Shown: one piece after another, positions 1-7,187 of the stretch | Position numbering within the stretch: the first letter of the stretch is position 1 | Layout: each line of letters starts with the position of its first letter | Assembly (NCBI GenBank): GCA_029288275.1 | Contig: JARIHM010000085.1 | Location: forward strand, 15,379-39,378 | Direction of reading: 5' to 3' | Source: Candidatus Saccharimonadota bacterium | Lineage (GTDB): Bacteria; Patescibacteriota; Saccharimonadia; UBA4664 | DNA length: 24,000 nucleotides | Program-made: the position numbers and the translations under genes | The notes under the pieces: model-generated | The model's database searches: none | The model's input: the letters and a program-made list of their open reading frames with translations, nothing else | What the model was told of the DNA's origin: nothing

Positions 1-1
1 G

Positions 2-544
2 CAGGGTCGTCTCTGATGCCGCGGGTTCGGCCTCGCCCGTCTCGGCCATCGGATCGTAGGCGGCCAGCGCCTGGTCGATCACGGTCTCCTCGATCTCGTG
101 GTAGGGAGGCAATGTCTCGCCCCACCGCGCGATCGGGAAGATGTGCCAGTCCTCGAGGTCGTCCTCGCTGTGGCCGATTACGCCGACACACAGCAGGTCG
201 GTCTCGTCCTCGGCCGGGACCCAGATCTGCAAGAAGTCGAATAGCTCGGTCTGCTCGGCCCAGGCGATGGCCTCGCGGGCCTCGTCCGGCACGCCGGTGG
301 ACAGGTATTCAGTCAGCTCGTCGCAGTCTTCGCAGCCACACTTGGCGTAGGGCAGGAAGCCGTCCCACACCTGCGTTTGGCGGGGCGTGAACTGACGGAA
401 CAGCTGGTTGGCGTGGTTGACGCGCCACTCCGGCAGCCACCCGGCCGCCTCGGCCAGAGCTCTGCTCTCGGTCACCTCGGAGAGATCGGCCTCGGCCGCA
501 TTCGAGATGCCAGCTTCGGGTTGACGGTACAGCTCGACTGCCAT
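2..544 (-). CDS. hypothetical acidic protein, partial (C-terminus lies beyond the window start)
   Basis: Hand translation from the ATG at 544-542 to the window edge gives 181 codons with no stop. It is missing from the supplied track because it has no stop codon. GAGGAG lies 5 nt upstream. Codons are overwhelmingly G/C-ending. The product begins MAVELYRQPEAGISNAAEADL and is very rich in D/E. The Arg-rich + strand ORF 16..390 is its antisense shadow. Confidence 0.6.
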   Translation of the reverse strand, partial: MAVELYRQPEAGISNAAEADLSEVTESRALAEAAGWLPEWRVNHANQLFRQFTPRQTQVWDGFLPYAKCGCEDCDELTEYLSTGVPDEAREAIAWAEQTELFDFLQIWVPAEDETDLLCVGVIGHSEDDLEDWHIFPIARWGETLPPYHEIEETVIDQALAAYDPMAETGEAEPAASETTL

Positions 545-581
545 GGTCACTCCTCATCACTTGTTGAAGTGCTAAGGAGAT

Positions 582-609
582 ATTATAGAATACTTCTATT
601 TTTAGTCAA
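582..609 (-). promoter_or_regulatory. sigma70-like promoter for the 544<- gene
   Basis: On the minus strand: TTGACT (609-604), 16-nt spacer, TATAAT (587-582). It sits in a short AT-rich gap and overlaps the TGA stop of the NUDIX gene. Confidence 0.5.
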
Positions 610-1070
610 GAGCAGAATAACTCGGGATGAACCCTCCGGAGCGCTGCTAGGTCGTCTTGTGTGACCAGGCTCAGGCGTAGCCCCAGGCTCTCCAGCTCAC
701 TCGGCCAGAACCAATTGATGGCCGAGCACTTGTCCGGCTCCAAGATCGTTGGTTCACCTTCAATAATTCGACCCAGGAAGGTGGGTGAGAGCCAATGCTG
801 TCCCTCATCGGGAATGATGTGGTCGCAAACATAAAAGGGCTGATCGTCTACCTCAATGGTAATGCCGTATTCTTCCTTCATCTCGCGCTTGATTGCCTGA
901 GCCAGGCGTTCGCCTCGCTCTACTCTGCCACCTGGGAACTCCCAGGTACCAGCTTCATTGCTGGCCTTGGGGCCGCGCTTGGCCAGAAACACCCGGCCAA
1001 GAGTATCGAGCAGTACAACGCCGACGCCTACACCGATATAATCCACTCCTGCTTTCATGGTGCTCCTCAT
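606..1070 (-). CDS. NUDIX hydrolase
   Basis: Nudix box GGRVERGERLAQAIKREMKEEYGI fits GX5EX7REUXEEXGU. The real start may be the ATG at 1058 (MKAGVDY...), which follows GAGGAG. Confidence 0.85.
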   Translation of the reverse strand: MRSTMKAGVDYIGVGVGVVLLDTLGRVFLAKRGPKASNEAGTWEFPGGRVERGERLAQAIKREMKEEYGITIEVDDQPFYVCDHIIPDEGQHWLSPTFLGRIIEGEPTILEPDKCSAINWFWPSELESLGLRLSLVTQDDLAALRRVHPELFCS

Positions 1071-1206
1071 GCTTGCGCTGATTTGGGCTTGCTCGCTATA
1101 GCAGAAAGCCCAGATCCAAGCGACGAAGCTCTCGGATCTGGGCGAAAACTAGCAAAGTTCCCGGGGCGACAGGAAGCTTTCGGTGACGCTACGAGCTCCT
1201 TACTCA

Positions 1207-1389
1207 TCAGCAGCGCTCGCTTAGGGCGCTTTCTGGAACGTTCTTGAGTACCTTCCAGGACCCATCCTTTGACCTGTAGGAAATAGTGTAAGTGTGTTTC
1301 CTATCGTTGTAACCTTTGACGAGGGCGTCGCGCATACCATCCGTCGCAGTGGTATTGACCCAGAGATCCTTGCCGACATGCCAGACCAT
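1207..1389 (-). CDS. small hypothetical protein (60 aa)
   Basis: Internal ATG of the 1207..1470 ORF, preceded by GAGAGGA. An extended -10-like TGTTACACT lies further upstream. A 9-bp-stem hairpin (1109-1142) lies downstream. Product: MVWHVGKDLWVNTTATDGMRDALVKGYNDRK... Confidence 0.4.
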   Translation of the reverse strand: MVWHVGKDLWVNTTATDGMRDALVKGYNDRKHTYTISYRSKDGSWKVLKNVPESALSERC

Positions 1390-1481
1390 GACAATCCTCT
1401 CAGCGGCCCGACGAGCCTGTCTCGCCGGGCCGGGCTTAGTGTAACATAGGTCGTACGAGGAACTAAGCAAAAGGATTTATT

Positions 1482-2783
1482 GTGCTACGAACCATTGTGA
1501 AAGCCCTGATTCCGCGCGGATTATTCCGGGCCATTGAGCCCTATGGCCATCTAGCGGAGGCGGTAATGTGGCAGGTGCTGATGGGCTTTCCGGCGCGCGG
1601 CCTCAAGGTAATTGGCGTGACCGGTACCGATGGCAAGACCACCACTAGCACGCTCATTTATACGATGCTCAATGATGCAGGCCTTAAAACCGGCCTCATG
1701 ACCACCATTGGCTATGGTACGCCTGGCCACTGGCATGATAATCAGGTGCACATGACTACCATGCCGACACGGGCTATGTTGCAACGGATTAGGGCTCTGC
1801 GCCGGCAGGGGATCGAGTGGCTGGTGTTGGAGACGACCAGTCATGCACTGGCCCAGTATCGGGTATGGGGCATTCCTTATAGCCTGGCCGTGATGACCAA
1901 CTTGACGGAGGAGCACCTGGATTACCACGGGACGTTTGAGCGTTACCGCGAGGCCAAGGTGCGCTTGTTCAAGTTGGTGGCGGCCAATACGCGCGGCTTA
2001 CAGACCGGCATTGTGAATGCTGACGATCCGAATGCTTCATACTTTGTGGCGGCCGCGCCGCGCGTATTGCGTTACGGCACGACTATTCAGGCCGATCTGA
2101 AACCAGCTCACGTGGTGAGCACCGCCACCGGTAGTACCTATGACGTAACCTATGATGGCCACACTCTTCACATGACCGTAAATGTGCCAGGAGACTTTAA
2201 TGTGATGAACTCACTGGCTGCCGTGGGCGTGGGCTTGACACTAGGCCTCAAGCCGGCAGCGATTGAGCAAGGAGTAGCGGCGCTCAAAACGGTGGCTGGC
2301 CGCATGAATACCATCGAAGAGGGGCAGAACTTTACGGCCATTGTGGACTTTGCTCACACCCCAGAGTCATTTGAGAAGATATTGAGTAGCATGCGCCGGC
2401 TGGCTAAGGGGCGGCTAATCGTGTTATTTGGCTCGGCTGGGGAGCGCTACGCCGGCAAGCGTGGCACACAGGGGGCCTCGGCCGGTCGCTGGGCCGATCT
2501 GGTAATTGTGACCGAGGAGGACGACCGTGGCGAAGACGGCCGGGCTATCATGAAGCAGATTGCCCAAGGTGCGGAGGCTGAAGGCAAGATTATGGACGAG
2601 AATCTATTTTTGATTGGAGATCGTACCCAAGCTATCACCTTCGCCGTGAAGCAGGCCCGGCCCGGCGATACAGTGCTGTTTCTAGGCAAGGGCCATGAAA
2701 AGACCATTGAACGCGCCGATGGCGTTCATCACTGGGACGAGACGGAGGTGGTGCGCAAGGCGCTGCGTGAGTTACGCTCGTAG
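1482..2783 (+). CDS. murE: Mur ligase, MurE-type (UDP-MurNAc-L-Ala-D-Glu:diamino acid ligase)
   Basis: P-loop GVTGTDGKTTT. MurE-like motifs TSHALAQYRV, TNLTEEHLDYHG, DFNVMNSLAA and VDFAHTPESFEKIL. GTG start 6 nt after AAGGA. The N-terminal domain is shorter than in E. coli MurE. Confidence 0.78.
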   Translation: MLRTIVKALIPRGLFRAIEPYGHLAEAVMWQVLMGFPARGLKVIGVTGTDGKTTTSTLIYTMLNDAGLKTGLMTTIGYGTPGHWHDNQVHMTTMPTRAMLQRIRALRRQGIEWLVLETTSHALAQYRVWGIPYSLAVMTNLTEEHLDYHGTFERYREAKVRLFKLVAANTRGLQTGIVNADDPNASYFVAAAPRVLRYGTTIQADLKPAHVVSTATGSTYDVTYDGHTLHMTVNVPGDFNVMNSLAAVGVGLTLGLKPAAIEQGVAALKTVAGRMNTIEEGQNFTAIVDFAHTPESFEKILSSMRRLAKGRLIVLFGSAGERYAGKRGTQGASAGRWADLVIVTEEDDRGEDGRAIMKQIAQGAEAEGKIMDENLFLIGDRTQAITFAVKQARPGDTVLFLGKGHEKTIERADGVHHWDETEVVRKALRELRS

Positions 2784-3725
2784 CTTATTCTGGGCCAGAT
2801 AGTTGGCGTACCAGCTGTAGTCGCCGCCCAGGAATTTAGCCACCAGCTCGGTCCCAAGCTCGGCGGTTTGGCGCTGCACATCCTGGAGAGGATTGTATTC
2901 CACCACATCGCAGCCCACCACATGCGCATGCGTACCGATGTAGTGGGCGATGGCGGCGATCTCGCGATAGGTGAGGCCCCCGGGATTGGGCATGCCAGCA
3001 CCGGGTGCGTATACCCGGTCGATTACATCCAGATCCAGGCTCACCCACACGTGATCGACCTGTGCAGCCAGCTTATCAATCATGGCAAAGAGCGGCGCGA
3101 GGTTGCTGGTGAGTAGATCATGCAGTGTAAATGCCGGTAATTTTTCGCGGACGATTAGCTCCAGCTCGGCTTGGTCAAAGTCATTCCCGCCAATATGCAG
3201 GAGGTGCTGGCGGGCAATCTTGGTACCGGGCCGGTGGAGCTGAGTCATGGCTGGATCCCCAAAACCTAGCAGCGCTGCCAGATGCATGCCATGAATATTG
3301 CCGGTGAGGGTAGTGTCCGGAGTGTTCATATCGCCGTGGGCATCAAAGTAAATGAGGCCGAGGTTACCCTCCACGGCTGCCGCCGCGCCAGACACCAGCC
3401 CCAGCGTCACCGAATGATCTCCACCCAGACCGACTACTCGGCGCCCTTGCCGCACTAGCCGCTCAGTAAGGCGGGCAGTCTCACTGGACACTCGCACAAT
3501 CTCATCCAGGTGCCGTAGCTTAGGATCGCCCACGGCTACCTTGGCGCGATCAGCACAGGCGATATTACCCTCATCGGTCATATCAAAACCAGCGCTCGCC
3601 AGCTTGCTCATTATGCCCTGATACCGAAATGCATCTGGCCCCACGTCCACACCCAGGTTCTCGGCGCCCAGATCAAGCGGAATACCGATTAATGACACGG
3701 CCTTGGAAGGGGATTGCATCTTCAT
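2772..3725 (-). CDS. rocF: arginase (ureohydrolase family)
   Basis: Mn-binding motifs GGDHSVTLG, DAHGDMNTP and SLDLDVIDRVYAPGAGMPNPGG. TGNIHGMHLA and the overall layout resemble Bacillus RocF. Its 3' end overlaps murE convergently by 12 nt. Confidence 0.82.
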   Translation of the reverse strand: MKMQSPSKAVSLIGIPLDLGAENLGVDVGPDAFRYQGIMSKLASAGFDMTDEGNIACADRAKVAVGDPKLRHLDEIVRVSSETARLTERLVRQGRRVVGLGGDHSVTLGLVSGAAAAVEGNLGLIYFDAHGDMNTPDTTLTGNIHGMHLAALLGFGDPAMTQLHRPGTKIARQHLLHIGGNDFDQAELELIVREKLPAFTLHDLLTSNLAPLFAMIDKLAAQVDHVWVSLDLDVIDRVYAPGAGMPNPGGLTYREIAAIAHYIGTHAHVVGCDVVEYNPLQDVQRQTAELGTELVAKFLGGDYSWYANYLAQNKLRA

Positions 3726-3731
3726 ATGGCG

Positions 3732-3737
3732 ATTATA
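3732..3737 (-). promoter_or_regulatory. -10 box placed for a leaderless arginase mRNA
   Basis: Minus strand reads TATAAT-cgccat-ATG, so the -10 box ends 6 nt before the start codon. There is no SD and no convincing -35. Confidence 0.4.
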
Positions 3738-3825
3738 ACTTGTTTTGTGTCTGGACTTTTCTATGGAAGATGTTAATATGTTTCACGATCCATTTCTCCG
3801 AACAGCGAGAGGCGGTGAATTGACA

Positions 3826-3999
3826 ATGTGCGAGAGAGAAGAGAAGGCTCACAAGGACCGTCGTAGAGAGGTCACAAGAGCCATCAGACGTGGTTCCCGT
3901 GCTGAGATGACGGCTGCTGAACGACGCTACGCCGTCAGGCACCGTCGTAACGTGGTCCATGGCAGAGACATGGACCGGGGCAGCAGCAACCTCTGCTAA
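3826..3999 (+). CDS. small basic ORF (57 aa), coding status uncertain
   Basis: ATG preceded by GAGAGGCGG about 11 nt upstream. Product MCEREEKAHKDRRREVTRAIRRG... A possible promoter TGGACT-16-TAATAT lies at about 3752-3779. Confidence 0.25.
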   Translation: MCEREEKAHKDRRREVTRAIRRGSRAEMTAAERRYAVRHRRNVVHGRDMDRGSSNLC

Positions 4000-4067
4000 C
4001 GGCCATCACGAGGATATCCTCGAGACTTTTGGCGGAACGGCCGCCAAATGAGAAGAAGGAGTACTTC

Positions 4068-4199
4068 ATGCTGCGCTGTGACCCGAATCCGAATCCTGAT
4101 ACCCGCCAGGAGCGGCTGGACGCTGCCGCCGAGCAGATGGGCAAGCGGTTCGGCGAAAAGGGCCGGTACCGCGGTCGACGCCCGGGCGACAAGAGCTAG
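4068..4199 (+). CDS. small ORF (43 aa), coding status uncertain
   Basis: Best SD in this unit: GAAGGAG, 7-nt spacer, ATG. Product MLRCDPNPNPDTRQERLDAAAEQMGKRFGEKGRYRGRRPGDKS. Too short for the supplied track. Confidence 0.35.
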   Translation: MLRCDPNPNPDTRQERLDAAAEQMGKRFGEKGRYRGRRPGDKS

Positions 4200-4204
4200 A
4201 GCTA

Positions 4205-4339
4205 ATGTGCGAGAGCAGACCGGAGCCGAATAACGGCTTCAACCCAGCCGGCACCAAGGTGCGCGCTACTACTACGCGTGATCGCAACATCGCTCAGGCG
4301 ACAAGGCATCTGCCGAAGCGCAAGCAGATCGAGAAGTAG
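4205..4339 (+). CDS. small ORF (44 aa), coding status uncertain
   Basis: ATG 5 nt after the preceding stop; weak SD. Product MCESRPEPNNGFNPAGTKVRATTTRDRNIAQATRHLPKRKQIEK. It shares the first 12 nt (aATGTGCGAGAG) with the ORF at 3826. Confidence 0.2.
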   Translation: MCESRPEPNNGFNPAGTKVRATTTRDRNIAQATRHLPKRKQIEK

Positions 4340-4361
4340 CTCTCTTGCGTTGATGTAGTAA

Positions 4362-4399
4362 GGCCCGTTCCTCCGATTGGAGGAACGGGCCGTTTTTTT
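4362..4399 (+). terminator. rho-independent terminator
   Basis: Perfect 13-bp stem ggcccgttcctcc / ggaggaacgggcc with loop gatt, followed by a run of 7 T. Confidence 0.85.
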
Positions 4400-4613
4400 G
4401 TTAGCAGCCGTTTTCCTTTTGCTCTGGCTTGCGCCGGCGCGTTTTAGGTTGACGTGCGGGCCTCAAATCGCCGCAATCGATCACTTTGGTGCTATCTACA
4501 ATCTGAACGATGCAGGCCTCGGTAAGTGCACAATCTGCTCTGGTAACCGGATCTTTGCATTCACCGCAGTGCTTGAAGCGCAATGTAGGTTGCCTCTCTG
4601 ATGGTGTGTACGC

Positions 4614-4769
4614 CTAGCTCTGTGGCTTGAGCTCTCGCGGTGGCTCTGGGCTTTTTGTAGCACGTGGTGTACTGCCAAACACCAGACTATTTTCCTGTGC
4701 GGACTTGATCGTGCATATCCTTTGTGTCCGGCAGATACTTTGCCTTGGGCACCGATCGCATAGCTTCAT
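4614..4769 (-). CDS. small Cys-rich protein (51 aa); the frame continues past an in-frame TAG
   Basis: GGAAGGAGGG lies immediately upstream of the ATG at 4769. Product MKLCDRCPRQSICRTQRICTIKS... (CX2CX5CX5C). TAG at 4616-4614. The same frame stays open for 70 more codons, ending at a TAA stop at 4403-4401. Confidence 0.4.
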   Translation of the reverse strand: MKLCDRCPRQSICRTQRICTIKSAQENSLVFGSTPRATKSPEPPRELKPQS

Positions 4770-4796
4770 AGCCCTCCTTCCCAAACCTGCTTGTTA

Positions 4797-4825
4797 CTTG
4801 TACGCATTTCTCCGGCATAGGTCAA
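4797..4825 (-). promoter_or_regulatory. sigma70-like promoter for the 4769<- ORF
   Basis: Minus strand: TTGACC (4825-4820), 17-nt spacer, TACAAG (4802-4797). Confidence 0.4.
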
Positions 4826-4843
4826 CTTTGCTACACTACGGGT

Positions 4844-6193
4844 ATGAACTTTCCAACCTCACTCTTCAAGGCTTATGACATTCGCGGGCTCGTTGGTACT
4901 GAATTAACGCCAGCATTGGCCGAGGGAGTGGGTCGAGCACTGGCCGACTTTCTGCCTGATGAGGGTCCGATATGCGTGGGTTACGATATGCGGCCAGACT
5001 CGCGCGAGCTGGCGGCCGCCATCCGTACCGGCTTGATGCATCAGGGGCGCGAAGTGTATGACATTGGCGAGGTGGCTAGCGATATGATTTACTTTGCCGT
5101 CGGCCACCTGCAGGCTGCTGGCGGGGCCATGGTAACGGCCAGCCACAATCCCGGCGCCTACAACGGCATTAAGCTGTGCGGCCGTGAGGCCCGGCCGATC
5201 GGCATCGAGACTGGGTTGGCCGACCTGCGTGATGCCGTGGCGGCCGATCGCTACAAGGCTGCTGACGCGCCTGGTCGCCATGAACGTCGTAGCATTATGG
5301 AGGCTTGGGTTAAGCATGCGCTCAGTTTTGTGGATGCGGGCGGCCTCAAGCCCTACCACATTGCTGTGGATGCTGGGAATGGTATGGGCGGCCTCGTTAT
5401 GCCGCACCTGGCCGGCAAGTGGCCGCTCACCGTCGAACCGATGTACTTTGAGCTTGATGGTACCTTCCCAAACCATCCGGCCAATCCACTGGTGGCGGAG
5501 AACGATCGCGACCTGATCGCCAAGATTAAGGCGGAGCGGCTGGACTTTGGCCTGGCCTTTGACGGCGATGGCGACCGGGCGGTCATGGTGGACGAGCTGG
5601 GCCGCATCGTTCCGGGCCACATTATGACGGCTATGCTGGCCAAGCATTTCTTAAAGCGTAATCCCGGTGCCAATATCATCTATGATGCCCGCAACAGCCA
5701 CCTGGTACGCGACGTAGTAGAAGAGAACGGCGGGCATGCTATCCGGAGCCGGGTGGGCCATTCGTTTATCAAGGCCGATATGCGCCGGTATGATGCGCCT
5801 TTTGGCGGGGAATTCTCGGGCCATTATTACTTCCGCGATAACTTCTACGCTGATTCGGGCCTCATTGGCGCCCTAGTGGGTATTCAGGTATTGAGTGATA
5901 GTGGCCAAAAGCTTTCTGAACTGGTTGATGAGTATGCAGCTCGGTATGCCCGCTCGCCGGAAATTAACTTCTCGGTGACCGATAAGGATGCCAAAATAGC
6001 TGAGCTGGCCAAGCTGTATGCTGATGGCGCTATTGATCATCTGGACGGACTGACGGTGACCTACCCGGATTGGTGGTTCAACGTCCGGCCGTCCAACACT
6101 GAGCCGTTGTTGCGTCTGAATGTAGAGGCTACCACATCGCAGGTGCTAGCGGAGCAGGAGGCCAAGCTTAAGGCCGTGCTGGGAACTGCATAA
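4844..6193 (+). CDS. phosphomannomutase/phosphoglucomutase (alpha-D-phosphohexomutase)
   Basis: N-terminal FKAYDIRG, phosphoserine loop TASHNPGAYNGIKL, Mg loop FDGDGDR and sugar loop GGEFSGH. Confidence 0.9.
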   Translation: MNFPTSLFKAYDIRGLVGTELTPALAEGVGRALADFLPDEGPICVGYDMRPDSRELAAAIRTGLMHQGREVYDIGEVASDMIYFAVGHLQAAGGAMVTASHNPGAYNGIKLCGREARPIGIETGLADLRDAVAADRYKAADAPGRHERRSIMEAWVKHALSFVDAGGLKPYHIAVDAGNGMGGLVMPHLAGKWPLTVEPMYFELDGTFPNHPANPLVAENDRDLIAKIKAERLDFGLAFDGDGDRAVMVDELGRIVPGHIMTAMLAKHFLKRNPGANIIYDARNSHLVRDVVEENGGHAIRSRVGHSFIKADMRRYDAPFGGEFSGHYYFRDNFYADSGLIGALVGIQVLSDSGQKLSELVDEYAARYARSPEINFSVTDKDAKIAELAKLYADGAIDHLDGLTVTYPDWWFNVRPSNTEPLLRLNVEATTSQVLAEQEAKLKAVLGTA

Positions 6194-6257
6194 TCAGGGC
6201 ATAGCCGAGAGCGCGGGCAGCGGCTTCGAACTGATCAAGCTGATGGGGCGGTTGATA

Positions 6258-6288
6258 GGATAAACCCCTCTGGGGAATCCCAGAGGGG
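6258..6288 (-). terminator. hairpin terminator for the minus-strand unit starting at 6792
   Basis: Perfect 10-bp stem cccctctggg / cccagagggg with loop gaat. On the minus strand it is followed by TTTATCC. There is no T-run on the plus strand. Confidence 0.55.
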
Positions 6289-6361
6289 CCATGATGCTTC
6301 CTACTTCCTTTGCTCCCAGTGAGCCTCTGGGACGCAATGCCGGCAGCTCGGCTACTTGAGC

Positions 6362-6499
6362 TTAGCCACGTGTTCTTTTCTTTCCCGCTCCTTTGATCAG
6401 GCTTTTAAGACAGCCTAATCGACTGCACTGCTTCCGGATTGTTGCTGCGCAATCGCTGCAGGGGCTGGCCGAACTGGTTGGTCCGGTTGATTTGGCCAC
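6362..6499 (-). CDS. small Cys-containing ORF (45 aa), coding status uncertain
   Basis: TGGAGG, 6-nt spacer, GTG, beginning 20 nt after the stop of the upstream gene. Product MAKSTGPTSSASPCSDCAATIRKQCSRLGCLKSLIKGAGKKRTRG. Confidence 0.25.
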   Translation of the reverse strand: MAKSTGPTSSASPCSDCAATIRKQCSRLGCLKSLIKGAGKKRTRG

Positions 6500-6519
6500 G
6501 GCCGGCCTCCAATCTTATG

Positions 6520-6792
6520 CTAAACTTCTTTGCTCTGGCCGGTCCGCATCTGCTCCAGGCTCTCGCGCAGACCGGGATCGTTGAGGATGCGCGCTGTCTG
6601 AATGGCTTCCAGGGTTCGTTTACCGATTGCCGCCGCAGCGTGGAAATCCCCTGCAAAGGTGGGATCGTCCTTGATCTTGGTGCGTAGTTCCGCGGCAAGG
6701 GCTGGATCATCGTTCAGCTGCTTGATACGCTCGGCGGTACGATCAGGGTCCCTCAAGTCGTTGACGAATGCGGTCCAGTCACGCTCGGTCAT
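6520..6792 (-). CDS. hypothetical protein (90 aa)
   Basis: ATG at 6792 preceded by AGGAGG with a 6-nt spacer. Product MTERDWTAFVNDLRDPDRTAERIKQLNDDPALAAELRTKIKDDPTF...; I recognise no family. Confidence 0.6.
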   Translation of the reverse strand: MTERDWTAFVNDLRDPDRTAERIKQLNDDPALAAELRTKIKDDPTFAGDFHAAAAIGKRTLEAIQTARILNDPGLRESLEQMRTGQSKEV

Positions 6793-6858
6793 TACTACCT
6801 CCTGCACAGAGTCGGTTAGCCTATTATTACACTATCTTTTGGCACTTTTAAATAGATC

Positions 6859-6885
6859 TTGGCACTCACCGCTGTTGAGTGCTAA
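6859..6885 (+). promoter_or_regulatory. CIRCE operator (HrcA site) overlapping the groES promoter
   Basis: TTGGCACTC-N9-GAGTGCTAA has one mismatch to the consensus TTAGCACTC-N9-GAGTGCTAA. A possible promoter TTGGCA (6859-6864), 18-nt spacer, TAAAGT (6883-6888) overlaps it. Confidence 0.85.
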
Positions 6886-6917
6886 AGTATGAGCTGGAAT
6901 AAGCAAGAGGAGACCCT

Positions 6918-7181
6918 ATGCAGTTACACCCATTAGCTGATCGCATTGTGGCCCGCCAAATGGAGGCCGAGAGCAAAACCGCTGCCGGCATTTTGTTGCC
7001 GGATAGCGCCAAGGAGAAGCCGCTCATGGCCGAGGTCGTGGCGGTTGGCAAGGACGTCAAAGAGGTGAAGGTTGGCGACCGCGTGCTCTATAAGCAGTTT
7101 AAGGCCGACGAGATTAAGGCGGGTACCGAAGAGTTCCTGCTTTTGAAAGAAGAAGACGTAATGGCAGTAGTAAAGGAATAA
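6918..7181 (+). CDS. groES: co-chaperonin GroES
   Basis: An 87-aa Hsp10 sequence (LHPLADRIVAR...TAAGILLPDSAKEKP...VVAVG) with SD AGAGGAG, directly upstream of groEL. Confidence 0.95.
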   Translation: MQLHPLADRIVARQMEAESKTAAGILLPDSAKEKPLMAEVVAVGKDVKEVKVGDRVLYKQFKADEIKAGTEEFLLLKEEDVMAVVKE

Positions 7182-7187
7182 TTGCGC

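Noticed and set aside
16-560. ORFs from the track: + strand 16..390 (124 aa, Arg/Pro/Ser-rich) and 141..350, and - strand 309..560.
   Set aside because: Their composition is typical of wrong-frame or antisense reading of a high-GC gene. The in-frame minus-strand ORF from 544, which has an SD and a promoter, explains the region better.
4009-4190. A cluster of 6-bp restriction-type palindromes (GATATC, CTCGAG, GGTACC, CCGCGG, GTCGAC, CCCGGG) resembling a cloning polylinker, raising the question of vector contamination.
   Set aside because: The order matches no polylinker I know. GC-rich sequence generates such palindromes readily, and the flanks are continuous with native genes. A VecScreen run would settle it.
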